Counted from the stretch's first letter, positions 38,025 to 47,657 are shown. The stretch is DNA of 64,000 bases from Verrucomicrobiota bacterium (GCA_049510745.1 JBEKYR010000005.1:32001-96000), one strand, 5' to 3'. Numbers and translations: made by a program. Notes: generated by a model from the letters alone, not told the origin.

Positions 38025-41000
38025 GGGGTCGGTCGAACACCGGAAGAATTCCCTGCGGACGGCTCCGGCCAGATGGGAACAAAATGAAACCATTGGTCGG
38101 CATGTTGTTGAATTCCCGGTTCAAATGCACGCATGATTTCCTGCGTGAGCTTGCCGCGCCCCTCTCGATTGCCCAACGACTGGCGGTCGTATTCAAATTC
38201 GGCCAGCAGACGGGCTTCATATCCCTGGTTGGTCCGCACGATGGTCACGCCCACGAGGGCGCAACCGGTTGCCCGGGCGACTTCCGATACCGCCAACGAG
38301 GCTTGAAAGGGCCGCCCAAACAGCGTGACCGTTACCGACTTAACGCTCGGCGGCCGGTCAATCAACAGCGCGACGGTGGCGCCGTCCTGCAATCGCTTGA
38401 GTATCTCCACAAAGGCAAACGGTTCGTCGCCCACCACAATGGTCTCGATTCCCCAGCGCGCTCGCGACTGGCGGCGCATTTCAGTGAATCCTTGGCCGGG
38501 TTCGGCTTGCGTGACGGTGATGAGCTTGACTCCGCGTTGCACCAGCAGCGGTCCCCCAATTTCCCAGTTGCCCAAATGCGGAGTAATCAGCAGCACGCCG
38601 CGCCCGCGCTGCCGGGCCTTTTCATAGATGGCCCAGTCGGAATCTTTTGTGAGCCATGTGTTCACTCCGATGCCGCCTTCATAACGCCACAGGTCCTTCA
38701 TCTTGATGGCGAACTGACGGAAAAGCTGGTGAGCCGCCTTTTCCGCCGCCCTCTGATTGTAATTCAACACGGGGAGCAGATTGTGAATCACGACCTCCCT
38801 CCTTCGGGTGTGAAGGCGGTAATAAATCTCCGCCACCCACAAGCAAGTTTGCTCCAGCGCTGCGCCGGGCAAAATCCTCACGACCCTCAAACCCAACCGC
38901 CACACTGCGGCCGAATAAAATCTTGAGGGAGCAGCCGGATGGCTCGTGGAGTCTGGTTGCTTTTTCCTTTGCAGACAACTCCACCATGCCGGAAGCAGAC
39001 CGACGGCAATCAACATATTGGCGGCGATACCGGCCGCACAGACCTTGCCCAAGCTGGCCATGCCCGCGTTGCCTGACCACGCCAAAGACCCAAACCCGGC
39101 AATCGCCGTTCCGCCGCACAGCAGCAGGGCGCGTCCAATGGAACGACGAACCGCTCCGAGGTCGCCGCCGTGCCGCCGCAAAGCCAGTTGCATGAAAATG
39201 CTGTAGTCCACACCCGTGCCCAATACCAGGGGCACAGCCATCAGGTTGAGCAGATTCCACGACCAGCCTGCCAAAGACATCGTGACCAGCAGGCAAAGAC
39301 TGCTCAACAGCAAGACCCCCAGCCCCAGCAGCACTTCCGCCAGCCGGCGAAAAGTCAGCCACAACGAACCCAGGACCAGCGCAATCATCGGTGTCACCAC
39401 CAGCCACAAACGGCTCTGCACACGCTCAAGTGTGACGCCTCCCAGCAATCCCCAACTGGACAGCAAAACATTTTTCTCCTCCAACTGCCTGGAAAGTTCA
39501 GCCAGCGCGCCCGCGGAGGCTCCATGGCTTGCCGGATAGACCAAACCCATGACAAACCACTCATTGCCGGAACGGGCGACAAATCTTTTTAACAACCACC
39601 GGCTCATGTCGTTTGTCGGCCAAAACACCTCCCGGCAACCGCCCGCCCGCGTCCATGTTTGCAGCAACTCATCGGTTAGGAACAGCGCGTTGGTTTCGAA
39701 GCCTTCCCGCACGGCGGCGGCGCGCAACGCCGGACCTTGGACTCCGAGAGCGGCGGCGGCGGCACGGTTGGCCTGCTGATATTCCACCCGCGGCCACATC
39801 ACTGTCGGCAGCAAATACCCGCTGATGGTCCGGTTTGAAACCGCCCGCTGCAAAAGGCCCTCGGTCCGCGAAAGGATTTCAAACACTTCCCGCTCCTGAT
39901 GGCCGGAAATGATCACCCAAAGCGGATCCTGGGGAATGCCGATGGCCGCCGTCATTTCCTCCAATGCGGCTTCGGCTTCGCTGTGCTGCGGCTTAAGCGC
40001 GTTGGCCGATCTGTCCAGCGGAGGAAGATGAAACGATAAAGCCAGGCTGGCACAAGCCGCCAGAACGAGGGTGACGATCACCGCCCGGCGGCTGTAGGAA
40101 TGATCGGCATGGCTGCCTGCCACAAGGGTGTTTTCACGGGGCGGCATCAGATAAGACCACCAGGGCTGACGAGGCTGATTTGCGCCGGACTTCCAGCGCG
40201 CCGGAAAAAGCGGCGGCAGATAAACCAGCACCATGACCAAAGCGGCCAGCGCAACGCCGATGGCCACCAGCGTGCCCAGTTGGGCCAGTCCCGGCAGCCC
40301 GCCTAAATTCAGAACCAGAAAGGCGCTGATGGTGGTGATGGCAGCCCAAAGAATGCTGGGGGAGATGGCGCGCCGGATCTCCGAAATGCTCAGTTGCGGG
40401 TGGGACAACGCTTCCTGATAATGGACCACGGCATAGTCCACCGCCAACCCCAGCAGCACGGCGGCAAACCCCAGGCTGATGACGCTGATCGTTCCCAAAA
40501 TGAGGCTTCCCACCGCCACGGTCGCAATCAGAATCACAGCCAGCAACGCCAACAGCCACAGCATGGGCAGCCAGCGCCGATGCATGAGCCAGAACAGCGC
40601 CGCAATGATCAGCGCCGTGCCAGTGACGGAACCGCTTAAATCGCGCCGCATGCTTCCGGATATTTCCGTCACAAATGCCGGCCGCCCTGTATAACGCACG
40701 GCCACACCCGCCCAATCGGTCTGATTTGACCTGACATCCGCGACCGTTTTCCGGAGCGCTTGCAGCCAGGCCGAGTTGGCGGTGTAAGTGGTCAGGTCAG
40801 GCCGCGCCGCCACATACAAAACGCGAAGTGTGCCATCCGCCGAGGCAAACATTCTTTGTCCTTGTTCAGCCGAAGCTCCGCTGAAATTTGTCAGCACGGG
40901 CACACTCATCAAATTGTAGGGATCAAATGACCGCACGGCGATGTCCATCGGAGAGAGCGATGTGGCGAGGACTTCCCGGGTTTCGGCCAGCACGGAGTGA

Positions 41001-41392
41001 AGGCGGCCGGCGGACAACCGATTGGTCAGCTCGCCAAAAATCAAGGGAGGCTGGTTGAACCACAGATAGCCCACAATTTCCGCCGCCTGCGACGCATTTT
41101 CCATCCACGGCGGCTGCCAGGAGACGGCGGCGACCAGATTGGATTCCCCGCGCAGACGGGTTGCCAGAACTTCAGCCAGACGTTCAGCCCTGTCGGCATC
41201 CGCGGCCCGCAGCGTGATGATCAGTTCGCGCGCGTTGGCGAAGTGCTGTTGATAAATTTTCAAACCCCGCACCGCCGCCTCATCCGGCGGCAACAAGTCA
41301 AGGACCTCCGTGTCAATTCGAAGCCGGCTCAAACCGAATGCCAATGGCACGAACAACAACAGCCACCCCAAGCGGTTCCACCGGCCTTTCAT
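38021..41392 (-). CDS. MMPL/RND-family lipid exporter fused to a C-terminal LpxL-like acyltransferase
   Basis: Two TM bundles (GLAVDYAVVH, GTGVDYSIF); C-terminal LITPHLGNWE, ALLIDR, QWFHFVPIW. Confidence 0.9.
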   Translation of the reverse strand: MKGRWNRLGWLLLFVPLAFGLSRLRIDTEVLDLLPPDEAAVRGLKIYQQHFANARELIITLRAADADRAERLAEVLATRLRGESNLVAAVSWQPPWMENASQAAEIVGYLWFNQPPLIFGELTNRLSAGRLHSVLAETREVLATSLSPMDIAVRSFDPYNLMSVPVLTNFSGASAEQGQRMFASADGTLRVLYVAARPDLTTYTANSAWLQALRKTVADVRSNQTDWAGVAVRYTGRPAFVTEISGSMRRDLSGSVTGTALIIAALFWLMHRRWLPMLWLLALLAVILIATVAVGSLILGTISVISLGFAAVLLGLAVDYAVVHYQEALSHPQLSISEIRRAISPSILWAAITTISAFLVLNLGGLPGLAQLGTLVAIGVALAALVMVLVYLPPLFPARWKSGANQPRQPWWSYLMPPRENTLVAGSHADHSYSRRAVIVTLVLAACASLALSFHLPPLDRSANALKPQHSEAEAALEEMTAAIGIPQDPLWVIISGHQEREVFEILSRTEGLLQRAVSNRTISGYLLPTVMWPRVEYQQANRAAAAALGVQGPALRAAAVREGFETNALFLTDELLQTWTRAGGCREVFWPTNDMSRWLLKRFVARSGNEWFVMGLVYPASHGASAGALAELSRQLEEKNVLLSSWGLLGGVTLERVQSRLWLVVTPMIALVLGSLWLTFRRLAEVLLGLGVLLLSSLCLLVTMSLAGWSWNLLNLMAVPLVLGTGVDYSIFMQLALRRHGGDLGAVRRSIGRALLLCGGTAIAGFGSLAWSGNAGMASLGKVCAAGIAANMLIAVGLLPAWWSCLQRKKQPDSTSHPAAPSRFYSAAVWRLGLRVVRILPGAALEQTCLWVAEIYYRLHTRRREVVIHNLLPVLNYNQRAAEKAAHQLFRQFAIKMKDLWRYEGGIGVNTWLTKDSDWAIYEKARQRGRGVLLITPHLGNWEIGGPLLVQRGVKLITVTQAEPGQGFTEMRRQSRARWGIETIVVGDEPFAFVEILKRLQDGATVALLIDRPPSVKSVTVTLFGRPFQASLAVSEVARATGCALVGVTIVRTNQGYEARLLAEFEYDRQSLGNREGRGKLTQEIMRAFEPGIQQHADQWFHFVPIWPEPSAGNSSGVRPTP

Positions 41393-41877
41393 GGCTCGAG
41401 GTACCCTTCCAGGGTTTCGCCTGATTTGGTGTTTTCCAACTTCCAGCCGCCGTCCGGCTTCCGGGAAAAATGCAAATCGTCCGGCAGGGATTCGCCAGCC
41501 AAAGCCGCGCGCAGGCAGAGCCAGAGAAAGCGGGGCGGAGGATTGCCTTTTCCGGCAAAACTCATTTGCCTGGGTGGAAACTCAACGAGCCAATGGGTTG
41601 AGCTGGTTTGCGCCAGCACGAGCGGAATCGGCGTTTTGACAAACTCAACCGAGCATCGCCCGTCCGGATGACTGGCCACAACCACTTCGCCGCCAAGTTC
41701 CGGATAATTGCGGCCCGGACGCCAAAGGGCCTGTCCTTGCTGCACGTGCCAACCCGGACCGGAAGCGGTGAACAACGAATCGTTTGCCGCCGTCCGACAA
41801 CCGGTCGAAAGAGAACTGCCTGCCAGCAGCGACAGCCCAACCCCAAAGCACAACCATCGGTGTTCGCATGAACCCAT
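41389..41877 (-). CDS. Hypothetical lipoprotein
   Basis: Lipobox LSTGC; beta-rich; 4-bp overlap with the MMPL gene. Confidence 0.75.
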   Translation of the reverse strand: MGSCEHRWLCFGVGLSLLAGSSLSTGCRTAANDSLFTASGPGWHVQQGQALWRPGRNYPELGGEVVVASHPDGRCSVEFVKTPIPLVLAQTSSTHWLVEFPPRQMSFAGKGNPPPRFLWLCLRAALAGESLPDDLHFSRKPDGGWKLENTKSGETLEGYLEP

Positions 41878-42246
41878 AAACTGCGCTCATTGTTGGGGCG
41901 GCATCCCGATTGTCAAAACTTTCATTTTGCCCTTGTTGAACGCGCATCGGGGTCATGAGCGTAACGGTGGGGGTTGGACATTGGCTGTCCCAGTCCAAAA
42001 GAACTGGGAGGATTCGGGAGATCGCCGGGATCCTTGGGTTCACATCAGCCCCGCCAAAAAAACACCCCGCCGTAATGCCGTGTATCAACAGTTCCGTTGA
42101 ACAAACTTAGGACAGGGAGAGCCGAATCGATCGCTTTCGACTTCCAATCAAGGTTTGTCGGCCACAACCGACGTTAAGGCTCTTTATGGACTAATTTCCG
42201 GTTCAAGGATCAGGTTGATAATCACGAACATGGCAGGGTAAAGGCT

Positions 42247-42429
42247 TCAAAAAATCACAATCCGCTTCGGGCCGTGAAACTCAATCAGATGCACCGCCAC
42301 GGCGAGCTGAATGATTCCTTTGGCCCTGCGTTTGCCCCAAGTGTCGTAAACTCCCGCCACGAAATCGCCGAAGGTCAACGGCTTTCTCCCGGGACGGGCT
42401 TTCATTTGCGAGATTGGCTCAACTTTCAT
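42247..42429 (-). CDS. Small hypothetical protein
   Basis: 60 aa, LTFGDFVAGVYDTWGKRRAKGII; protein-like composition. Confidence 0.5.
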   Translation of the reverse strand: MKVEPISQMKARPGRKPLTFGDFVAGVYDTWGKRRAKGIIQLAVAVHLIEFHGPKRIVIF

Positions 42430-42560
42430 TATACGATTATATTCTGCATCCCTGTAAGCAGGAGGCTTGCCATCCCCAGAATTGAGACGACCCTTTTGCG
42501 CCCGGAACCGCGATTGCTGATTTCCGTTGACGGCCTTCGGGTTGGCCTTAACATGCCAGC

Positions 42561-42941
42561 ATGGCAAGCTTGCCGTTCAAGTCCTTGTTCTGCGAGAGAT
42601 TTGGATGCCCGCCCGAAGATTACGAGGAGCGGGCTTTCCGCAAGTTTCTGTTCTGGCACGCCCGTTTTCTCGCGCCTGTGGTCCGAACCCTCAAGCCGGA
42701 CTTCTTCGCTGATGATTTCGAATTCATTCGCTACCTGGGTAATGCTGTGGACGTGCGCCAAGCCAAAGTGGACGCGCTGGATTTCAGGGACTTGGACCGC
42801 AAACACTGGCGATTGCTGCACACCGGCCTGAGAATCCGTGTTTCCCACCGGAAAGCAAGACGGCTCGCCTTCCAACTTTTAGGCAAACCGGACTGGACTG
42901 ACGCCTCCGGGTTGGTCAATTCCACGCACAATACAGATTAG
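42561..42941 (+). CDS. Hypothetical protein
   Basis: 126-aa ORF (FKSLFCERFGCP...LRIRVS) ending next to the tRNA 3' end. Confidence 0.6.
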   Translation: MASLPFKSLFCERFGCPPEDYEERAFRKFLFWHARFLAPVVRTLKPDFFADDFEFIRYLGNAVDVRQAKVDALDFRDLDRKHWRLLHTGLRIRVSHRKARRLAFQLLGKPDWTDASGLVNSTHNTD

Positions 42942-42948
42942 AGAGGGG

Positions 42949-43024
42949 TGGGGTGGCCAACGGGACTCGAACCCGCAACAACAAGCTCCACAAGCTTGGA
43001 CTCTACCATTGAGCTATAGCCACC
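42949..43024 (-). tRNA. tRNA-His (GTG)
   Basis: GGTGGCTATAGCTCAATGGTAGAGTCCAAGCTTGTGGAGCTTGTTGTTGCGGGTTCGAGTCCCGTTGGCCACCCCA: G-1, C73, anticodon GTG, TTCGA loop, encoded CCA. Confidence 0.97.
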
Positions 43025-43034
43025 GTCCGCCGTT

Positions 43035-43063
43035 AAGGTAATTTCCGCCGGGCGGAACGTCAA
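43035..43063 (-). promoter_or_regulatory. sigma70-like promoter of tRNA-His
   Basis: TTGACG-17 nt-TACCTT on the minus strand, 10 nt from the tRNA 5' end. Confidence 0.65.
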
Positions 43064-43118
43064 GTTTCCTCTCGCCGCCTCCCGCCATGGTCCGCGGTCC
43101 GCGGCCCGCGGAAAATCT

Positions 43119-43556
43119 TCAACTTGACGCCGTCAGAAGTTCCGCCACCACATTCTTCAACTGCGCCGGCTCATAGGGCTTGCCCAAAAAACGATGCACC
43201 CTGGCCGGGTGCGTCGAAGTCATCGAGAAGTCCACCGTCCCGCTCAAAATGACGGTTTTGAGCCTGGGATGGATTCGGTGTGAAGAGATGATCAACTCCA
43301 GCCCGTTCATCCCTTCCATGTCATAATCCGTCACCAGGACTTCCGGCTTCGGGTCCGCCTTTTGCAGCGCCTGCAAAACGGCCTTCGGATCGCAAAAATA
43401 CCGCACTTGATAGCCGGCCGACTCGAGCACCCTGGCGGCGAATTCGACCAGCGTGGCGTTGTCATCGACGACAAAGATCGATCCGGGCGAAGCCGGGTCA
43501 CGACGGGCGGATTTGCGTCTTTTCATGCGGGCGTTTGGTTTCGGGGATTCTCCCAT
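43119..43556 (-). CDS. Single-domain response regulator (CheY-like)
   Basis: VVDD, VTDYDMEGMNG, ILSG, KP. Confidence 0.9.
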   Translation of the reverse strand: MGESPKPNARMKRRKSARRDPASPGSIFVVDDNATLVEFAARVLESAGYQVRYFCDPKAVLQALQKADPKPEVLVTDYDMEGMNGLELIISSHRIHPRLKTVILSGTVDFSMTSTHPARVHRFLGKPYEPAQLKNVVAELLTASS

Positions 43557-43773
43557 CTTCCGCCCCGGTTTGCAAGCGCGATTTTGGCCTGCCGAAGTCC
43601 CGTTCCCGTAACGGGATACAACAGAAAGAGAAACTCGTTTTGGCAGGCCCCTCGGACGCGCCTTTTAGCCAAACTTTATCTGGGATGGACCGCTTGGCGG
43701 TGCGGCGTGTCTTTCGCAACACAGTGAGATGGCACTGCTCTAGCTCTATAAGCGGATTCGTAAGGATTAGAAA

Positions 43774-44301
43774 ATGAACGTAAACCTGATGGCGCCCGGC
43801 GCGAAAACCGCATTTACCGCCGAATCGCTGCCCGACCACCCGCTGTTCCACGGCTTGACGGGGCGGCATCGGCATACCCTGGCCGAATGCTCAATGCCCG
43901 CCAGCTTCGAGCCGGGGGAAATAATCGTCGAACTGGGGGAACCGGCCAATTGCTTTTACTTGGTGATCAGCGGGCTGATCGGCTTGGAATCCCTCGGGGC
44001 GCCTTCACCCTTGCGCGTTCAAACCATTGGTCCGGGCGATATTCTGGGCTGGTCGTGGCTTTTCTCACCGTATTACTGGCATTTCAACGCCATCGCCGAA
44101 GTGCCCACCGAGTCGATCTTCTTCTACGGCAGCCGTTTGCGCCAGGAATGCGACCGGGACCATGACCTTGGCTACGAGTTGTTCAAGCGGATGTCCCATA
44201 TCCTCGTCACGCGCTTGCAAGCCACCCGCGAGAAATGGATTGAAGCGGCTCAATTGAACCCCCCGCGCAACGGACTCGCAGCCGATTACCTGATCATTTA
44301 A
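43774..44301 (+). CDS. Stand-alone cyclic-nucleotide-binding (Crp-type) domain protein
   Basis: HPLFHGL, FEPGEII, FYLVISG, GDILGWS; no HTH. Confidence 0.85.
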   Translation: MNVNLMAPGAKTAFTAESLPDHPLFHGLTGRHRHTLAECSMPASFEPGEIIVELGEPANCFYLVISGLIGLESLGAPSPLRVQTIGPGDILGWSWLFSPYYWHFNAIAEVPTESIFFYGSRLRQECDRDHDLGYELFKRMSHILVTRLQATREKWIEAAQLNPPRNGLAADYLII

Positions 44302-44308
44302 CCGTCCT

Positions 44309-44737
44309 TCACCCGTAACGATACGGCGCCGTCAGCGTGAAGGTGTTCGGCAGGTGCCGCACCTCGCCCACCTCCCCGTCTTCCAGCAGCACTTCGACAA
44401 CGTCAAACCGGATTTTAATGGGCGGATTCTTTATCAGCCGCAGATAATCAAAGGCGCAGCGGGTCAGCCGGAGCCGTTTGTGGGCGTTGACCGCCGCCGC
44501 CGGACGCAACCAGCCCCCGGAAGAGCGCGCTTTCACCTCGACAAACACCAGGCAGTCGTCGTCCCGGAAGATTAGGTCGATTTCCCCCCGGTCGGAGCGG
44601 AAATTGGCGGTCAAAAATTTCAGCCCGCGCTTTTGCAAAAACTTCTTCGCCGCCAGCTCTCCCAGCCTGCCACGCCTCAAATTTTCCGGCTCCGCCTTAC
44701 CGGCGAAACGTGATTTGAGCTTTGCAATGAGATTCAC
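44309..44737 (-). CDS. yraN: YraN family putative endonuclease
   Basis: GRLGE, NFR..GEIDLI, VFVEVKAR, RFDVV. Confidence 0.92.
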   Translation of the reverse strand: MNLIAKLKSRFAGKAEPENLRRGRLGELAAKKFLQKRGLKFLTANFRSDRGEIDLIFRDDDCLVFVEVKARSSGGWLRPAAAVNAHKRLRLTRCAFDYLRLIKNPPIKIRFDVVEVLLEDGEVGEVRHLPNTFTLTAPYRYG

Positions 44738-44909
44738 CAGCCACCGATTGAACCCGAATTGGACGCGGAAACAACTATTTTCAGAAAGCCCGCGCCACTC
44801 ATCCAGACTCCCCCAACTTCCACCTGACCACATGGCTCTCCATCGACTATAAATGCCGCGTCCATTTTGTAATTGCCCTAGAAGTCCCTTTGGGGGATCA
44901 TGCTAAACG

Positions 44910-47414
44910 ATGGATAATAGCGAAAATCCAAGACAAGAAGCGCCTGCCAAAGGGAGCGACCAGGCAACGCCCGTCGAGTCTGATAAGCCGGTGCAAACTG
45001 TTGACGACGGGTCAGGCGAGACGCAAGGCACAGCAGAAACGGCCAAGCGGGCACAGGGTTGGAGATTTATTAAATCGCTGACGAGCGGCCTGAAATTCTT
45101 TGAAGAAAGGTGGAGGGTGATCTGGCCGGTGCCCGCACGATATTATGGAAAGGCTAAAAAAGCCTTAAACTATTCTTATGCATTGAGTTGGCATCGCTAC
45201 ACCTGGATAAAGTATCGCATTAACCTTTGGAACTCGCAGAACGGTCGTTATCTAGCAGGTTTCGCTGCTATCCTAATAATAGGGTCAGGCTTTTACCTGT
45301 ATCCGTTTTTCCGAAGCCTCTTAAGCCCTTATCTTACGAATGCACAACGGCTTGCCGACATAAAGGCAATGTTATTGGCGCTTGGAGGCGCATTGATCGG
45401 AGCGGCTGCAATTGCCTTTTCCTTAATCATGTTTGCATTGCAGGTGAACGTCGATAGGATGCCTCACGGTTTATTTCGTAAATTGAACGAAGATAAACGC
45501 CTGATCGGCGCGTTTTGTGCAGTGTTCATTCTCGCACTCTTGATCTTATGCACTTCTCTAGTCCCCGATACGTCACATTTAGCGGCTGCCATACTGATTG
45601 CCACTCACTCCACATTTTTTCTGTTTGTCATTCTGCTATACGCATATCGTCGCGCAATTGCACTAATCAGTCCTGCGGAACAACTTAAAATCATCGTTGA
45701 CGACGCTACAGTTGCATTGAAGTTGTGGGGCAAACGTGCAACGCGTGCAACACCCCTGTTCATACAGCATGAAGATCCAGTGACTACAGTTCCAACAGAA
45801 TTTGATTCCTCCCATGACTTGCCTCGCATCGCATACTTCCAATTTAATCCACACTGGACGACGGAAGCAGTAAAGGCGGTTCACTATGCGATCTCCTTTG
45901 CCCGTCGCTATGCTGAACGCGGAGACTATGAGGTATCAGTTATTGCACTGAATGCGATTGTTATCATAAACGAGGCCTACATTCAAGCGAAGGGCAAGAC
46001 ATTCTTTAGCGGCAACGCCTTTCTTTCGACTGGATTAGAAACCGATGGCTTCATAAATAACACTTTAGAGCATCTGCGGCAAAATATACAGGTTGGAATT
46101 TCCCGCCACGACGAGCAGCAATTAGAACAAACTCTCAGGGCATTGTGTGGGCTTGTGAAGTTGTATGCCCGTATAGATTATTCAAACGCGTTTTTGGACA
46201 AGCCTCATGCACAACTTGCGGCACTCTACCTCTCGGAGGGCGTCCAGAGCGTAATGCCACATAATATGACTGAGGTCATGATGGAGGGCGTGAGATTGAT
46301 TGGAGGTGCTGCCGAAGCGCTTTTGAAATACGCTAAGCCGATGGATATTACTTCACTTGCAGAGAAACTAGCTATTATCGCCTGTACATTTGCAGCGCCA
46401 AACGACTCCCGGCCAGTAACGTCAGTGGCAGTCGAACAACTGGCGAAGTTGACGGCGCATCTTCTACAGACGAAATCGAAGGATATTAGCTTCGCCGTCA
46501 AACAAGTTAAGAATAATTTAAACACACTTTCGACCTTTGTGTTGGATGTTGTTCCCGACAATTTCCCAGCAAGCGTCCACAGCAGCACCTTAGCCGCGTA
46601 TTACTCCGGCACGAGGGACCAGACTTTTTTGGGCTTCCTGACAGCTTTGACCAATGCTATTGTCGCACGACCGGCGGAAGATCAAGATGCCAAAAACACA
46701 TTGGCAAATATTGAAGAATGGTCGGATCAATTAGATTCCACAGCAAAAGAGCTGCTGCTTAAAGCAGTCGAGAGGCGGTCGCATTTTACATTTGATATTA
46801 TCGCTTGGATTGGATACGTGACGAAGGTGCTTATTGTCCTATCAAAAGCGCCAACTTGTGATGATGATACAAAGACAAATCTGCGAAAGAACGCCAGGTG
46901 GCTTATTTATGTGCTCTCGTTTATTCCAGATGATGCCGAAGCAATTGCCCACGTCGAGAATTATTGTGTTTCAGAAACCATATTCCAGGCTGCGTTAGAT
47001 GCATACTCGACTGGCGACTGTGAGTTTGCGGCTGATATCGGCAAGTTGCTATTTGATTGGGGATTTAAAGCAGGACAATACCGCGCTCGTCGTCTGATAC
47101 TAATTGACTGGCTTTACGGTCTAGCAACCATTGCCTTGCTTCCTAACTCATGGTTGAGTCCACTGTCTCTTAAGGAGCAGTTTCGCAAATATCTCACTCA
47201 ACCACATGCTCCTAATCCTGGAATTCTTAAGTCTACGGCTGATTACATTAGGCGGGAAATGTTGACCTTCCGACGGAGTTTCGATTCCGACTCTTTTTCC
47301 TGTATTCGTCGTAAGATGAGGGAGGTGGATCAAGGGCAGCTAAGACGATTATTAACGGATTTAGCAAATGTCCTTTCTCCCTCGTCAGCAGACAATGTAG
47401 CAGACCAACGGTGA
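44910..47414 (+). CDS. Low-GC hypothetical membrane protein (DUF2254-like N-terminus, long helical C-terminus)
   Basis: 834-aa uninterrupted ORF in AT-rich DNA; about 4 TM helices with AFSLIMFALQ..RMP..LF..D. Confidence 0.8.
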   Translation: MDNSENPRQEAPAKGSDQATPVESDKPVQTVDDGSGETQGTAETAKRAQGWRFIKSLTSGLKFFEERWRVIWPVPARYYGKAKKALNYSYALSWHRYTWIKYRINLWNSQNGRYLAGFAAILIIGSGFYLYPFFRSLLSPYLTNAQRLADIKAMLLALGGALIGAAAIAFSLIMFALQVNVDRMPHGLFRKLNEDKRLIGAFCAVFILALLILCTSLVPDTSHLAAAILIATHSTFFLFVILLYAYRRAIALISPAEQLKIIVDDATVALKLWGKRATRATPLFIQHEDPVTTVPTEFDSSHDLPRIAYFQFNPHWTTEAVKAVHYAISFARRYAERGDYEVSVIALNAIVIINEAYIQAKGKTFFSGNAFLSTGLETDGFINNTLEHLRQNIQVGISRHDEQQLEQTLRALCGLVKLYARIDYSNAFLDKPHAQLAALYLSEGVQSVMPHNMTEVMMEGVRLIGGAAEALLKYAKPMDITSLAEKLAIIACTFAAPNDSRPVTSVAVEQLAKLTAHLLQTKSKDISFAVKQVKNNLNTLSTFVLDVVPDNFPASVHSSTLAAYYSGTRDQTFLGFLTALTNAIVARPAEDQDAKNTLANIEEWSDQLDSTAKELLLKAVERRSHFTFDIIAWIGYVTKVLIVLSKAPTCDDDTKTNLRKNARWLIYVLSFIPDDAEAIAHVENYCVSETIFQAALDAYSTGDCEFAADIGKLLFDWGFKAGQYRARRLILIDWLYGLATIALLPNSWLSPLSLKEQFRKYLTQPHAPNPGILKSTADYIRREMLTFRRSFDSDSFSCIRRKMREVDQGQLRRLLTDLANVLSPSSADNVADQR

Positions 47415-47657
47415 CTAGCTATACTTTTTTTTCGGTTTTCGCGCGCCTCTCATAGCGGATGAAATTGAATGGATCCATATTCCATGGATAATTCATACGC
47501 TTCTGTCGCCTCTGTCTGACGGCGAATCGAGTCGCCATCGGATTGCCCCATCGTGCTGAACCGAACATAGCTGATTGCCAACTTCTGTTTCATGACGGAC
47601 CAAAATCAGCACAGCAATATGTTTCTGGCAAATGAAACAAATTTTCCCGCCAATGGA

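Larger units (their letters stand above)
27340..42978. mobile_element. Genomic island integrated at tRNA-His; no integrase seen
   Basis: Flanked by direct repeats of the tRNA 3' end; visibly lower GC than the flanks; self-contained biosynthetic cargo. Confidence 0.85.

Noticed and set aside
27417..41877. Calling the product a ladderane or an aryl polyene outright
   Set aside because: Gene content overlaps both but proves neither; no aromatic-starter genes are seen and ladderane enzymology is unresolved
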